A stretch of DNA of 64,000 nt from Euglena gracilis (taxonomy: Eukaryota). Made by a program: the position numbers and the translations under genes. The stretch spans positions 29,707,411 through 29,771,410 of the forward strand of contig CP154954.1 in assembly GCA_039621445.1 (NCBI GenBank), in the 5' to 3' direction. Positions within the stretch are counted from its first letter, which is position 1. Every line of letters begins with the position of its first letter. This document shows, one piece after another, positions 32,365 to 45,259 of this stretch. The notes under the pieces were generated by a model. That model worked only from the letters and a program-made list of their open reading frames with translations. It made no database searches and was not told the origin of the DNA.

Positions 32365-33867
32365 CGACGGCTTCCTAAAGCCAGGGCGGTCCGAACCTGA
32401 AAATTTGAAGGAAAAAAACGAATCGAAAGCCTGTGTGTTCTGACGTTTTGGATGGGCAATGGTCCCAGGATGCCAGAAATCATTTTTTCACCCAAAGTCC
32501 ACCTGTTTTTTGCTACATATGGCCATTTTTCGGCGATTTTTCGTGTGAATTCTTCATTAAATGTGTTCGCACAGGATTTTTCAAAAAAAATTCACTCGGG
32601 GGCCGCCCTGCCCTGCCTGAAGATGAAAAAAAGAATGGGTGGCACGGCGAGCCAATGTTTTTCCGAAATGCTGCCACAAGGCGGATGAGGGGTATGTGGG
32701 GCGCATCATTATCCGGGGCCTCCTTGGCTCAGATGTGCATTTGGCCCAGACGTCCATCTCGACACATTAGTGCCCTGGCCCTGGGTAGTGCAAGGGCTGG
32801 ACACATTTGTTGTATGGTAGTTGGTGGCTATCTGCCGCTCCCCCCCAACACACACACACACACACAGGCACAACTCTCACCACATTTGAAGTCCCACAGC
32901 CACCGCACACGATGTGTTTCCTTCAACACATCGCTCCTCTCCCCAATCCCCAACATTGCTGGTGGTCCACCCATGCCTGTACCTTGCCCGAAGGAATGCC
33001 GGGCAGGCCTCAGATGCACAGTCACAGAAAGCGGTACCATAACACAACCCCCCCCCCCCGCTAATGCTTCTAACCTCACCACAACACCACCCAGCAGTTA
33101 GTTGGATGTCGGGATGGAACCATGCTTATTTTTTTTTGTAAATTTGGCAGATGTCCTGCACCGTCAGAAATAGTTTTTGAGCAAGGCCAACTCCCCCGCA
33201 AGGATATGATTGGACGTTCCACCATTCCAGAGAGAGAATTTCTGCCACAAAGAACAACAATGGGTTTTTTTTTAAAAAAAAATAGGAGAACTTTGCCACA
33301 TCTCGATTTTCTTGGGCCAGTGGCCAGAGCCAAGCAGTACGCCGTGTTGCAGGGTTGCACAACCAGTTAAGCGCTGGACCATACACCTCTTTAAGGTTTT
33401 GCAGGCCTGTAGGCCTGCCACCCCCCCCCCCACGGGCTCCGTTTCGGACGTTCCACATATAGTTGGAAAGCTAAGGAGATAAGCTTTCCAACCCATCTGG
33501 TCCCACGTCCAAATAAGCTGGGAGTCGACGGGAATCGGCGAAACAATACCCCCCCCCCCCGGGTGGGTGGCCGGGGCTGGCTGTAGTCCTGGCTCCCCGG
33601 CCGATTTTGACTCCAGCAGATTTCGGCCCAGCCCAGCAGCATCAGCACCCTTCCTCCCCGGGGGGGGGGGGGGATGCTGCTAGCCCAACTAGCCAGCCCC
33701 CTTTTTTTTGCTGGACCCATCCGAAAAAAATTTTCGAAGCGCCGGAAACAGGGTTGATCAATTAGCTGACTGTTTTTGGTCAACCGATTAAATTTATTGG
33801 GGCCCTCGGTTAACCGATTAACCGATCTCAGGGCCGAAAAAAAGGCACTCTCCCAGGCTTTTGGAAC

Positions 33868-34308
33868 CAGGCATTTGCTTAAGGGATTGCAGTACCCCCC
33901 CCCCCCGGGGGGGGCTGGACTGCAGCTAGTCCAAATTTGGCTAGTGGGATTTCTAGCAGACCCCCCCCCCCTGGGGGGGTCTGCTAGCAGGGCTAGCTAG
34001 TGGAATTTTTTTTCCCAGTGACCGGCGCGAAGCGCCGAAAATTTTTTTTGGGACCCCCAAAATTGGCCAAAAATGCCCGTTTTTGGCCATTTTTGGGAAT
34101 TTTTGGAACAAAATCAGCCAAAACCCTATTAAAAACCTCATTTTTCCTCCGGCGCACAGCGCCGGGGGAAAATTTTTTTTCCAGTCCTGGGGACCCCCGG
34201 ACTCCCCCCCCCCCCCCCGGGGGGGTTCTAGCTAGTCCATTTTTTCCAGTGTCTAGCCGATTTGCTAGCCAGTACCCCCCCCCCCCCGGGTCCTTAAGCA
34301 AATGCCTG
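33868..34308. mobile_element. hAT-like MITE, family A copy 1
   Basis: TIR CAGGCATTTGCTTAAGG / CCTTAAGCAAATGCCTG; perfect 8-bp TSD TTTGGAAC. Confidence 0.92.
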
Positions 34309-35721
34309 TTTGGAACCTCGTTCCATAGCTGCACCAGCCTCACATCGTTGTGATGCTGACATGTGAACCTGTTTTTTTTTTGCGGCTCCCCTGCTCTTTG
34401 TACCGTGCATTCTCTTCAGGCGGGTCCCCAGCACTTGTGGATCTCTGAGAATTTTTGTGAGCTTTTTTTGAGGAGCTTTTTATCTTTTTTTGAGGAGCTT
34501 TTTTTGGGAAGCTTCTCTTTTGACATTTTTTTTGCTTTCTTTTTTTGGAGATCCATCACCTTCAATCACACCCAAAAGAGCAGCATTCATTCTGACAAAC
34601 ATCAAGCCCCATACTCATGATGTGTCATGATGAGTGGCCCCCCAAAAAAACAAAGGAATCAAAAGAAAACTGATTCCTGCCTTTTTTTGTGGTCGTCCCC
34701 CCCCCCCAAAGTCCTTTTGCCCCCCCAAACAATCCAGGGCTTTGCTCTCCATTACCTTTTAACTGATTGGTAAACTGCACCCCCCCTCAATTAGTCAATT
34801 AATTGGGGGGGTCATGGTTAGTTAACTGACCGTTGGTTAACCAAACAACCTTGCTGGAAATTCGGGGGGACGGTCCAAAGATGGTCGGAAAATGGTCTGT
34901 TTGGAGTTTTTTTATTATGGGTTTTTGATGTTGTCACGTGCGCACGCTGAAGACTGTGTTTCCTCGTTATTTTTCTTTTTCCCCCAAAATTAGTTTCCCC
35001 CACCTGGGGAGGGGCGAGCTAGCAGCCCAAATTTCTAGCCCTTGCCAGCCCCCCCCCCCCCCCCGCGCAAGGTCCTTAAAGAGATCTACGCGCTGGACCC
35101 AAGCTGAACGTTGATTTTCTGTTAAATTTCTCTGGGGGATTCTTTTTTTCTTTCCAATTTTGATGTCGATTATTCCGAGCTCTGAACTCTTCGATTTGTT
35201 TCGAATGCATTGTTTTCCATCGTAGTCAAAGAAATCCTCCGTTACACCCAACCATTCTGGCTGGCAATCGCCTCTTCTTTCCTGTTTGAGTTTTTTTATG
35301 TCCAGTTTGCTTCAACCCCGAACAGGGTTCGTTGGCAATAGTGATGCAACAGTGGTTCTTTTTTCTGAACTTGGGCACTTTCTGAATTGAAACCCAGCTG
35401 AATATATTGAACATGTCGACAGCAATGAGCATAATTCTTGGGGTTCATAACCAACAATGTGTAATTTTTCTATCACGGAATCCAAAGTCCATTGTCACAC
35501 AAGATAGGCAGGAGGGGCAGGATTTCCCCAAAAGTTGACAGGAAGGAGGTTTCGTCCCCCTGTCGGAGCAAAGGTTCTATTGTGTTTGGTGTTCCCCACC
35601 GGAGGTGGTATTTTCCTCTGTTTTCCGAAGAAGAAGAAAATTGGACCCCAGAATTGACCCCCCAGAAGCGGGTCCCCCCAAGCCCCCCCCCCCCCCAGGG
35701 GGTGGGTGGGTGGAACCGGAC

Positions 35722-36127
35722 CAGGCTTTTGCTTTAGGGATTGCAGTACCCCCCCCCCCCCGGGGGGGCGGGGGGGGGGCTGGACTGCAGCTAGTCCAAA
35801 TCTTGGCTAGTGGGATTTCTAGCAGGGCTAGCTAGTGGAAAATTTTTTTTCCAGTCACCGGCGCAAAGTGCCGGAAATTTTTTGAGACCCCCCAAAATGG
35901 CCAAAGATGCCCGTTTTTGGCCATTTTTGGGAATTTTTGGAACAAAATCAGCCAAAAACCCATTGAAAACCTCATTTCCACCTTGGCGCGCAGCGCCAGA
36001 GGAAAATTTTTTTCCAGTTGGGGGGACCTCCGGATCCCCGGGGGGTCTAGCTGGTCCATTTTTTTCCAGTGTCTAGCCGATTGGCTAGCCAGTCCCCCCC
36101 CCCCCCGGGTCCTTAAGCAAAAGCCTG
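35722..36127. mobile_element. hAT-like MITE, family A copy 2
   Basis: TIR CAGGCTTTTGCTTTAGG / CCTTAAGCAAAAGCCTG; perfect 8-bp TSD AACCGGAC; body clearly homologous to 33868-34308. Confidence 0.92.
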
Positions 36128-36316
36128 AACCGGACTCCCTGGGTCCTAACAAAAACCTCTGTGTTGGAAGTTGTCAGAGGCGTTGAAGGCCCCATGCCTT
36201 CCGCCGTGTGACCCCGGCCGTGCCGCCTCTGTCAGTGGCCGGGTCCACCCCTGGCCACCCCTTGCCCCCATTTGGTCGCAGCCCCTCCTCCCCACGCCCT
36301 CACCCTCAAGCCTAGG

Positions 36317-39300
36317 ATGGGGAAGCAGAAGGCCCGGGCGCCCCCCGAGGCTCCATCCGCTGCCCATCAGCCCTTCCGGAAGCGACCCCTGACGGGGGAA
36401 TTCCACCCACGGAGTCGCTTGAGCTGCAGGGGACCCTCCTCTTCATGGGGGTCCAGCCAGCCAGCCAGCAGCATTTGTCCAGTCCCCATCGAGAGTAAAT
36501 GCTGTCCTGCCAACTGAACCTAAAGGGCGGCTGGTTGGCAATGAATTTTCTTGTCTTTGGTGGGTGCAGAAATGGGTCATAAATGGGCAGTGGATCGAAA
36601 AGCTGGCCAGGAAGATTTTGGTCAAAAGATCGATATCTTGCAGAATTAGCCACATGTTTTTTTTGGACATCTTTGTGTTTTTTTATTTTTATTTTTGAGT
36701 CCCCAGTTCGACGCTGGGCAGGGTTTTTTTTCCAGCCCAAATCTGGCAGCCTCTGAGCTGGAGCCCCCCCCCCCCATGGGTCGTCAAGCAACGCCCTGGT
36801 TCCACCGCAGCGGAAGCAGTGCCGATGCGAAGGTCTACGATGCGGAGCGCTACGCCCTACAGCGGGTGTGGCCCGATGTGCATGGCAGCCCTGCATTGCC
36901 TGCCCCCCTCGGCTGCACGCCACGGTTGGGCAGCGTCTTCCCTGCGCATCCGCTGCGCGCATCTGCTGGTTGCGCACACCTTTTTTCGAGTGTTGTCGTT
37001 GTATGATGTAACCAGGAGGTCTCCACTAGCAAGCTATTGCTAGGCTCAATCGATTCAGACAGCTTAAGGCGGGATTTCGAGGACAAGAAGCATTCTTGAT
37101 TGAGTTTGGAGAAGGGAACACCCGTCATCTCCATTGAGGAGCGGGCTGGACTCCCATACCACGGAATAACCCCCCCCCCAGTTATAAACCAGGTTTTTCT
37201 CAGTGCTGAGCTATTTGTTGTCAAAAGTAAATGCCGGGTGGCTCGGCCTGGCCCGCCCCCCCCCCCCCAGGGGGCCAGCACCAGGGTGTATGGGAAGCTC
37301 CGCAGACATGAGGTAGGTGGTAGGGGGGGGGTGCCCACCCCCCCTCCTAGGGGGCAGGCCGTATTTTAGTTGGGTGCCGACCCCACTCCGGGGGGGTAGG
37401 GCACACGGAGTTAGCGCCGGCCATAAACAGACAAGAAGCCTTAGTGCAACTAAGAGGGTAGGGCACACGGCCAAAAGTGCCCTATCACAGACCCCGACGC
37501 CGAAGGCGCTGGGGAGCCAAAAATAGCCTATTTTCAAAGGAATGTGCCTGATCCGACCCCCCGGGGGGGGGGGGGGGTAGTGCCTGCTGGGCAGGCACCC
37601 CAAGGCACTCCGGACCCCCCCGTTGGCGGGTGGTTAAAAAAAACAGCCTGCTAGGGGGGTAAGGTGGTAGGGGGGGGGTCCCCCCACCCCCACCCCCCTA
37701 GTTTTGGAAGGGGGTTCCCCCACCCCCCCCCTTCACGCCGGGTGTGTATTTTAGGACCCTCTTGAGGCTCAGTATGAAATTTTGGGAAAATGGCCAAAAT
37801 TGGCCGAAAAATGGCCGTAACTCAGGCTAGGCAGGGAGTTGCGTGGAAATCAAAATACTGTCAGATGGAGAATTTTAAGGGCTTCAATTCAGGTCTCCGG
37901 ACATTTCCTTTGATTCCCCACCATTTTTGAGAAATTTCAGAAAAAATGATCTTTTGACCCCCCAAAAACAGCCGAAATTTTCGGTGACCGAAAACTGGAG
38001 GTGGAAGGGGGGTCCCCCCCACCCCCCCCAGTTTTGGAAGGGGGGTCCCCTCACTCCCCCCCCCCCGAAATTCACATACACGCCTGGCAGCCCCACAGTG
38101 CTGCAGTCAAGTCTGCAGCACTGTTTTGGACGTAAATCGCCCATAGCTTGGGCCAGGTGAGCAGTTGCAGGGAAATCAAAACACCGTTAGGTAGGGCGGT
38201 TTAATGGCTTCAGGTCTCCGACATTTTGCTTGATTTTGCTTCGTTTTCGAGATGTTTGTTGCGCGATCTTTTGGGCCCAAAAAAATGGCCAAATTGGCCG
38301 AAAAATGACCGTTGCAGGGAGTTGAAATAAAAAACGAACATCTTGGTATGTGGAACGTTCCTGGGGCTTTATTTTAGGTCGCCGATAATTTCTTTTGATT
38401 CCCCACCATTTTTGAAAAATTTTGGATGAATCGATTTTTTGACTCAAATATCAGCAGAGCCTGCAGCTCTGTTTTGGGGCGTAAACTGGCCATATCTCGG
38501 GCTAGGCGGGGAGTTGCAAGGAAACCAAAATACCGTTGGATTCAGGTCTCTGGGTGTTTTGCTTGACTTTACTTCATTTTCGAGATATTTGGCATTTCGC
38601 GATTTTTGGGCCCAAAAAAAAACGGCCCAAAGTGTTGCTGGTGTGCCTGTTTTTGGGCCCCAGACGGGTCCAGCCCGGCAGCCAGGTTCAACCCACCTCC
38701 CTGGACCCCCACCCCCAAGGGGGGGGATCCAGCCAGTCCCTTTTTCCCGCCGGCCGGCTGAACCCCCTGGGGAAGGAATTCCCTGCTCCCCCCACTTATA
38801 AATCATCAAAATGCTTTTTCTGACGAATTTTTGCCAAGATTTGCCAATTTGGCTATTTTTGGGGTTGGTTTTTGGCCAAAAATTCTTTGAATTTTAAACT
38901 CCCGCGTACCCCCCGTTCGGCTGGCCAACCAAACCTGATCCAACAACCCAGGGGGGTTTATAAGCGGGGGGGTCAGGGATGTGTGGGAAGCCCATTGGTG
39001 TTGAGGTTGGTCGTGGGGGGGGGGGCTCCCTACACCCCCAAGGGGGGTCAGGTGGTAGGGGAGGTCTGGATTTCCCATTCCCTCTTTCACAGGTTCTAAA
39101 AACAGCGAATTTTTTCTTCTGCCGTGTGTCAGCACGTGCAAAAAAACTGCCTTTTTCCCCTCATTTTGAGTGTATTGCACATTTTTGGACGTTTTGGTAT
39201 ATTCCACACAAAAAAAACAGCATTTTTGGATCTATATTTGTTTTGGATGAAAAATCAGGGGATTTCCAACAATTTTGGCAGCTTTTTTATTGTTCACATA

Positions 39301-42300
39301 ACCGAAAATTTTCCCAGCAATTTTTTGAGGTTGGTGGGGTTCCCCCCCCTCTGTGTTGGGAGGTCCAGACCCCCCCCCCACTCAGGGCTTCCCGTACATC
39401 CCTGCGGGGGGGGGGGGCTGGAAATCCCATCTTCACAAATTTCTCCGTTGAGGTCAAGTGTGCTTTGCCACCATTCTTTTTTGCTCGCGTCTGCCCCGTG
39501 TCGCCCGCCCGCAGGCACAAGAGCGGAAGCTGGCCAAGTCGGCGGGGCTGCGGCAGCGGCTGTTTGAGTACAAGAAGGTGCTCGGCCAGGCTGGGCGGTG
39601 AGGCACACCAAAGTTCCGGGAAATTGATAGCCTTGCAGCACAGTTTCAGGCATGGAAGGGCTCCAACCCAGAAAGACATTGAACAGATGGCGGGCTTTGG
39701 TCCCCCCCCCCCGTGGCCTGACCCAGGCCTGTGGGGGACCAGATGAAGTTGGAGCCGTCACCGTACATCCAGGAGCTGACGAAGAAGGTCCGCCACGACA
39801 AGGACAAGGTCCTGCGCAAGGCCCGCCCCGACCTCAAGCGAAAGTGGGAGGCGACGGGTGTGCCCCCCACCCCCGGGTGAGCTTCTGGAGCGGAGGGCTG
39901 TGAACAAGAGGACCGGAGGCGCTCTCAGGCGCCAAAGCAGCCCGGAAAAAGCCCCCCCGAGATGCCGTTCTGACTGGGTAAGAACACCCAAAAGGGTTGT
40001 CGTTTTTAGGCCAAAATATGGATGTGAAAACCAAAAAAACCATTTTTCGGTCATTTTTTGACCTTTTTTTCAGTTTTTTTTCGGCCCTTTGCACCGAAAA
40101 TTATTCCGGGCTGGCCCGAACTTTATTTCAGCGGACCCCTGGGTGGGGGGGAGTCCACAGCCCAGCTGGGAGCTGCTGGCTGGAAAGAAAGGTGCTGGCT
40201 GGCTGGACACCCGAAAGAAAATGGCACACAGGAGGCGTGATGCTCAGGGTTTTCTTAAGGACCCCCCCCGCGGGGGGGGGTCCTGTGCGCGGTTGGAGAA
40301 AGGTGCTGACGGGAAAAAAGGTGCTGGCTGGATTTTTGTGAGGGGGTGGGGGTCCATTGGGGGGGGGTCTGAATCCAGGGATACGTTCTTCTCCGGCTTA
40401 AGAAAACCCCTGGTGATGCTCCACGTTGTCTCGGGGAAAATCAGGTATGCAAGTGGGGCCAACCACTCCCCCCTTGACAGTGCCTGACTGGGTCAGCATG
40501 TGAGTCTGTTACCGACATTTTAGCCAGCAAAAAGGTCCAAAATCATAATTTTGGGAGCATGCTGATTCTGGAAATATGATATTTCTCGGTGAGAAATCCA
40601 AAACCGGCAAGCATTGACGAAAACTTTGGTATGAGGTAAAATCTGGTCCAGGATGCGAAATTTTCAAGTCGAAATTATTTCACAGCAGAAAGTGGGGGAA
40701 AACCTAAAAATGCCAAGAAATTGCCAAGTGTGTTGTAAAAATTTGCAAAATTTAGCAAGTTTTTGCAAACTTGCAACAAATAAACCCCCCCCCAAATAAT
40801 AAACCCCCCCGGTTTATTATTTGGACACCCGAAGTCGGGGTCCAGGGGGGGTTTATTATTTGGGGGGGGGGTTATTATTTGGGCAAAAATTTCGAAGTCA
40901 AAATTAGACCCGAAAACCCCTCCACAGGCTCCAATGGTCACTTTTTTGGCATTTTTGGGTTTTTTTGAAAACTGGGTGCTTTTTTGTCATTTTTTCTGCA
41001 CCAATTTGATCCATTTTTTGTGATTTTTTGCAACATTTCTGCTAATTTTTGGCTCTTTTTTTCTTTGTACTCACACCTGCCAGAGGGGGGGGTTTATTAT
41101 TTGGGCGGCCGAAGTCGGTCCTCAGGGGGGGTTTATTTTTTGGGGGGGGTTTATTATTTGGGGGGGGTTTATTATTTGGGGGGGGGTTTAGCAAAAAAGC
41201 ACCTGGTTGCCTTTGTGAAACTTTCAACGAATGGCCGGAAAAATAGCGGATATCAATTTCCCCCTGCCTTCGGTGCCGCAGTGCCTGCCTGGTACTGTCT
41301 GCTATGTACCCTATAGTGCCCTGGGGGTCGTCTCCGTGTGCAGCTAGTGTGTGAAATTTTTAAGTTCCCTCCACCAGGAGTGCATTTAATCTAAACCGCA
41401 ATTTCCGCAATTTTTCCGCAATTTTCCCGCAATTTCCTCGATTTTGCTACATTTTTTCTGCATTTTTTTCCAAAGGGCTCTGGTATCAATTCCCAAGGTG
41501 CCAGGTGTCCAGAAAAGGACCATTTTGGGCCCGGTTTTGGCCATATTTTGTCTGGGCCCCTGTTGACGGGTATGACAATCTGAGATTGTTGTATTTCTGT
41601 ATCTGTTACAGCAGATTGAATCCATCAGTTTTTTTCTGATAGAATTCATTCCGGAACTCAGGTGTGGGACAAAACTGCCTGCTTCTTAGGCAGTCGATCT
41701 GGCATTTCTGCTTTTTTCCTGTCGTCTTGCGTAATTCCGCAGAATTCCAACTTTTTTAAAAAGACAATCATCAACTTCAATTACAGGTTTTTTTATGCTG
41801 GTGACACTCAGAGGCCACCGTGCGTGGATCTTCGCCATTTTCCAGGGTGTTTTTTCCTCCACCTTTTGCTCCCCCCGGGTTAGAACCCCGGTTTGACCCC
41901 CAGGAAATGAGAAATTACTCAAAAATTCACCCAAAATTTTTTCTGTGCTTTCTTTTAAGCCCTGCATCCTGTGGAGTTTTTTGGAGTCAGGTACAAAAGG
42001 AGTGCATATTCCAACACAACGATCAACTGATTGTTAGAGATTTTTTTGTCTTTGTGTTTGATAGAAGAGATGAAAAATACATGAGGTCAGCAAAATACAT
42101 GAGGATAGCCACCAGTTTTTCAATTGACGTCTGTGACAGGTTAGCCACAGACACCCCATTTTGATAAACTGACCACTTCAAAACCAACCAACAGCCTTCC
42201 ATGCCAGCCTGTTTGGAGCTGGAAAATGCATGTGAAATTGTATGGATAAGGTGTATGGACAATGTCTCCTGTCCTTAGAACTTGAAATCACAGACAGCAT

Positions 42301-43125
42301 GAAAAATAACTGCTCTTATAGCTTCGAAAATGAGTTGTATTGGTCCGCTCGCGCAACTGCGTAAATAAACCATTAACACGATTTGTTTGCATGCTTGTGC
42401 AAGCGGACCATTCAAGAATATCCGCAACATTCCTGGGGAGGGGTGGGACCGTTACGCCTCCCTGCGTGGGAGCGCCACCAACGTCGCCACTGACCCCCCC
42501 CCCCCGTCCGCCAGACGCCCCGGCATACGTGGATGACCGGCAGCGGCAGCTGTGGCGGCGGCGGGAGGCGACGCAGACCGCGCTGCGGCAACGGCTGGTG
42601 CAGCGCCAGCTCGACGAGCAGCGGCGGCAGGCGAAGGTGCAGGCGCGGAAGCAGAAGTCCCGCCCATCCCCCGCCTTGGTTGGCCGGGAGAGGGCCGGAA
42701 CCACTGCAGTTGGCAGCTGGCCTCCAAGGTGCTTTTCCAGGTTTGGTTGTGTGCCCATCTTGCCAAAAAAAATACTTATGAACCCCCGTCATTCATACGT
42801 TATACCCGATGTATAGTTATGGTTACGTATAGTTACACACATACAGTTATACCCCCAGGTGTACATTATTCTGAAAAACAAACAACACTCAATTTTATGG
42901 CCTGACAAAAGTTCAATTTGCACACAACCCAGAAAATTGCCATATGGCAACCTCGATTGCCCTGTTGTTTCCCCCCCAGCCTATGAGACAACAAAGGTTG
43001 TGCCAAGCCCACCGTGGGGGATGCACCGACGCTACGGCCTGCGGACGAAGAAGGGGCAGCCGCTGATGGACGTGCGGGTGGAGGACCTGCTGACCCGCGT
43101 GCAGAAGTCGGTGGGCAAGGCGTAG
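36317..43125 (+). CDS. Fyv7/TAP26 (CCDC59)-like rRNA-processing protein, about 6 exons (36317-about 36393 tentative, 36811-36865, 39515-39577, 39743-39857, 42515-42656, about 43020-43125)
   Basis: Basic, coiled-coil-like exons in consistent phase (AKVYDAERYALQR|AQERKLAK...YKK|MKLEPSPYIQEL...|DAPAYVDDRQRQ...) ending in the family-type motif RTKKGQPLMDVRVEDLLTRV; TAG 43123-43125. Confidence 0.75.
37355..37650. mobile_element. hAT-like MITE
   Basis: Ends CAGGCCGTATTTTA / AAAAAAACAGCCTG; 8-bp TSD CTAGGGGG. Confidence 0.8.
40245..40412. mobile_element. 168-bp hAT-like MITE
   Basis: TIR CAGGGTTTTCTTAAG / CTTAAGAAAACCCCTG; perfect 8-bp TSD GTGATGCT. Confidence 0.9.
40781..41190. mobile_element. 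TIR element with TAA...TTA ends and GGGGGGTTTATTATTT subterminal repeats
   Basis: About 29-bp TIR TAAACCCCCCCCCAAATAATAAACCCCCC; 8-bp flanks GCAACAAA / GCAAAAAA (1 mismatch). Confidence 0.8.
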
Positions 43126-45259
43126 CCCGGGCCCGGCAACCCTCCACCCCCTCGACCTCCCCCACTGGTCTTCGTTGAACAGTGGTTCAGCTAACCAGCA
43201 CCCCTCCGAGTATCTCCACTTTACTACTGTACTGGGTGCCCTGGCGAAGCATATGCCATGCACTCCCGCTGGTTTCTGGTTTGTGACTGTTTTGCCAGCC
43301 GGCCGGCAATGAGCTGAAGATTTCGGGCCACGATCACGCATTTTTGGGGGGCAGCCCCCCTGAAATATCGGGGCCACGCTCCACAATTTGGGGGGGGGGG
43401 CAGCCCAGGTAAAAATTCAGGGCCATGATCTGTACTGTTTTTTTGGGCAGCCCAGCAAAAAAAAATTTGGGCCGCGATCGGTGCTTTTTGCCCCCCCCCA
43501 CAGAATTCCCCCCCCCCCTTAGAGCACTCCCGCGGGCCAACGGACCCCCAAATGCTCAAATACCCCCCCCTGATTGTCCCTGGCCCCGGCCGACGGAGGG
43601 TTTTTTTTGACCCGGCCAATGAAATTCCTTTGGTACGGTCTTATTGCCCCCCCCCCTTATTGTCCGATCGGGCCGGGATCGGGCAGGTCGGTGGGACAAT
43701 AAGGGGTCAAAAATTCCTTTAGAAAGAGGGCAAAAAAATTTCGGCGCATGAAAAAAAAATTTCCCGGACCCAAATGCTCAATTAAGGGGGGGTCAAATAA
43801 AGGGGGGGTGGTTTCTGGATCCACACTGTTTTTGAGCATGAAAATTTAGGGCCAGCTTAAAATTTAGGGCGTTGCGGTTGCGAAAATTGCGGTTGGGAAT
43901 TTTTGTTGTTTTTTGGGGTTTTGCGGGTGGCAAGTTTGTTGACCACCTCCCCCCCACCCCCGGCAGCCCAGAGCTGAATAGGGCCACAATTCACAAATGA
44001 AAATTCATGGCAACAATCCGCACTTTTTTTGGGCAGCCCCCCTGAAATATGTGTGCCACAATCTGAACTGTTTTCGGGCAACCCAGCCAAGGTTCCCGGG
44101 CTGTTTTAAACAAGTTGTTTTAAACAGGTTTTTTTCCCTATTTGTAGTGTTTTTTTATTTGAAAAAAACACCCTTTTTACACCTAACGCCCGATTCTTTT
44201 GCACTCCACACCGTATTTATTTGCACTTTTGGTCAATATTTTTGCATTTTATCTCAAAAATGTTTGCACTTTTCAAAAATTTGTTCGCACGTTATCTCAA
44301 AAATGTTTGGCACTTTATCTCAAAAATATTTGCCTACGTTCCGAAAATTTTTGCACACGGATCGGGTGTTTTGCACTTTTGCCCCTGAGTCCGCGTCTTA
44401 GGTGCAGGGACTCAGGACAGGGTTTGCGTCTACGCCGCCGGACTTCAGGCATGAGGTCTGCGTCTTAAAACGCAGTCTCCGTCCAAAATGCTGCGTCTTG
44501 AATAATTATTTTGTTGACCCCCAAAACCGACCAAAATGGTTCAGAAAGCGGAAATGAATGGTTTGAAATGGAAATGTCATGCTGCAAAAGCCGATTGACC
44601 TCAGAATTTGTCCCACTTCATTTTAACCTTTGACAAATGAGTTACATCGGTTCGTTTCAAGCCGTTTTGAGCTGTTTTTCGAATACAATTTGTTGTAAAT
44701 GGACAATAAAACTCCAAGGCCAAGATGTGGTATTGAGAAAAATCAAAGACAGGAGTTCTTGGACATTTCCAAACACCAATTTCTGGTTCTGGAGTTGTGA
44801 AAAATCTTGACCATCACAAATGCACTGGATTCGTTGTTGAGAATTCATCTGCAAGCACCAGTGCATTTGAAAGGGTTTTTTTTCATTGTGCAAAAATAAA
44901 ATGACGGAGGGCAAATATTTTTTGAGCAAGTGCAAATATTTTTGGCGGCGCAGTGCAAAAAATTTTGACAGCTCTGGGCAAAATTTTTTGTGGGCGCTGG
45001 GCGAAAATTTTGACTGGATTGGGCAAATATTTTTTAAGCCATGGGCAAACATTTCGGACGCTAGGTGTAAAAACAGAAAACCGTTTTTAAACCTTTTTTT
45101 ATTCATGAAAGTTTTTTTGCTTTGTTTTAAAACAAAAAAAACGGGAATGAAAATTTTGGGCCACGATCCGTGCTTTTTTGCCCCCCCCCCTGTGCCAGAT
45201 CCATACTGTTTTCGAGCAGCCCAGCTGAAAAATCAGGGCCGAACAGTTTCTTTTGTGTT

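Noticed and set aside
41376-42007. 10-bp direct repeat AGGAGTGCAT around a CCGCAATTT-rich block
   Set aside because: No TIR or tail found at the inner edges; could be chance
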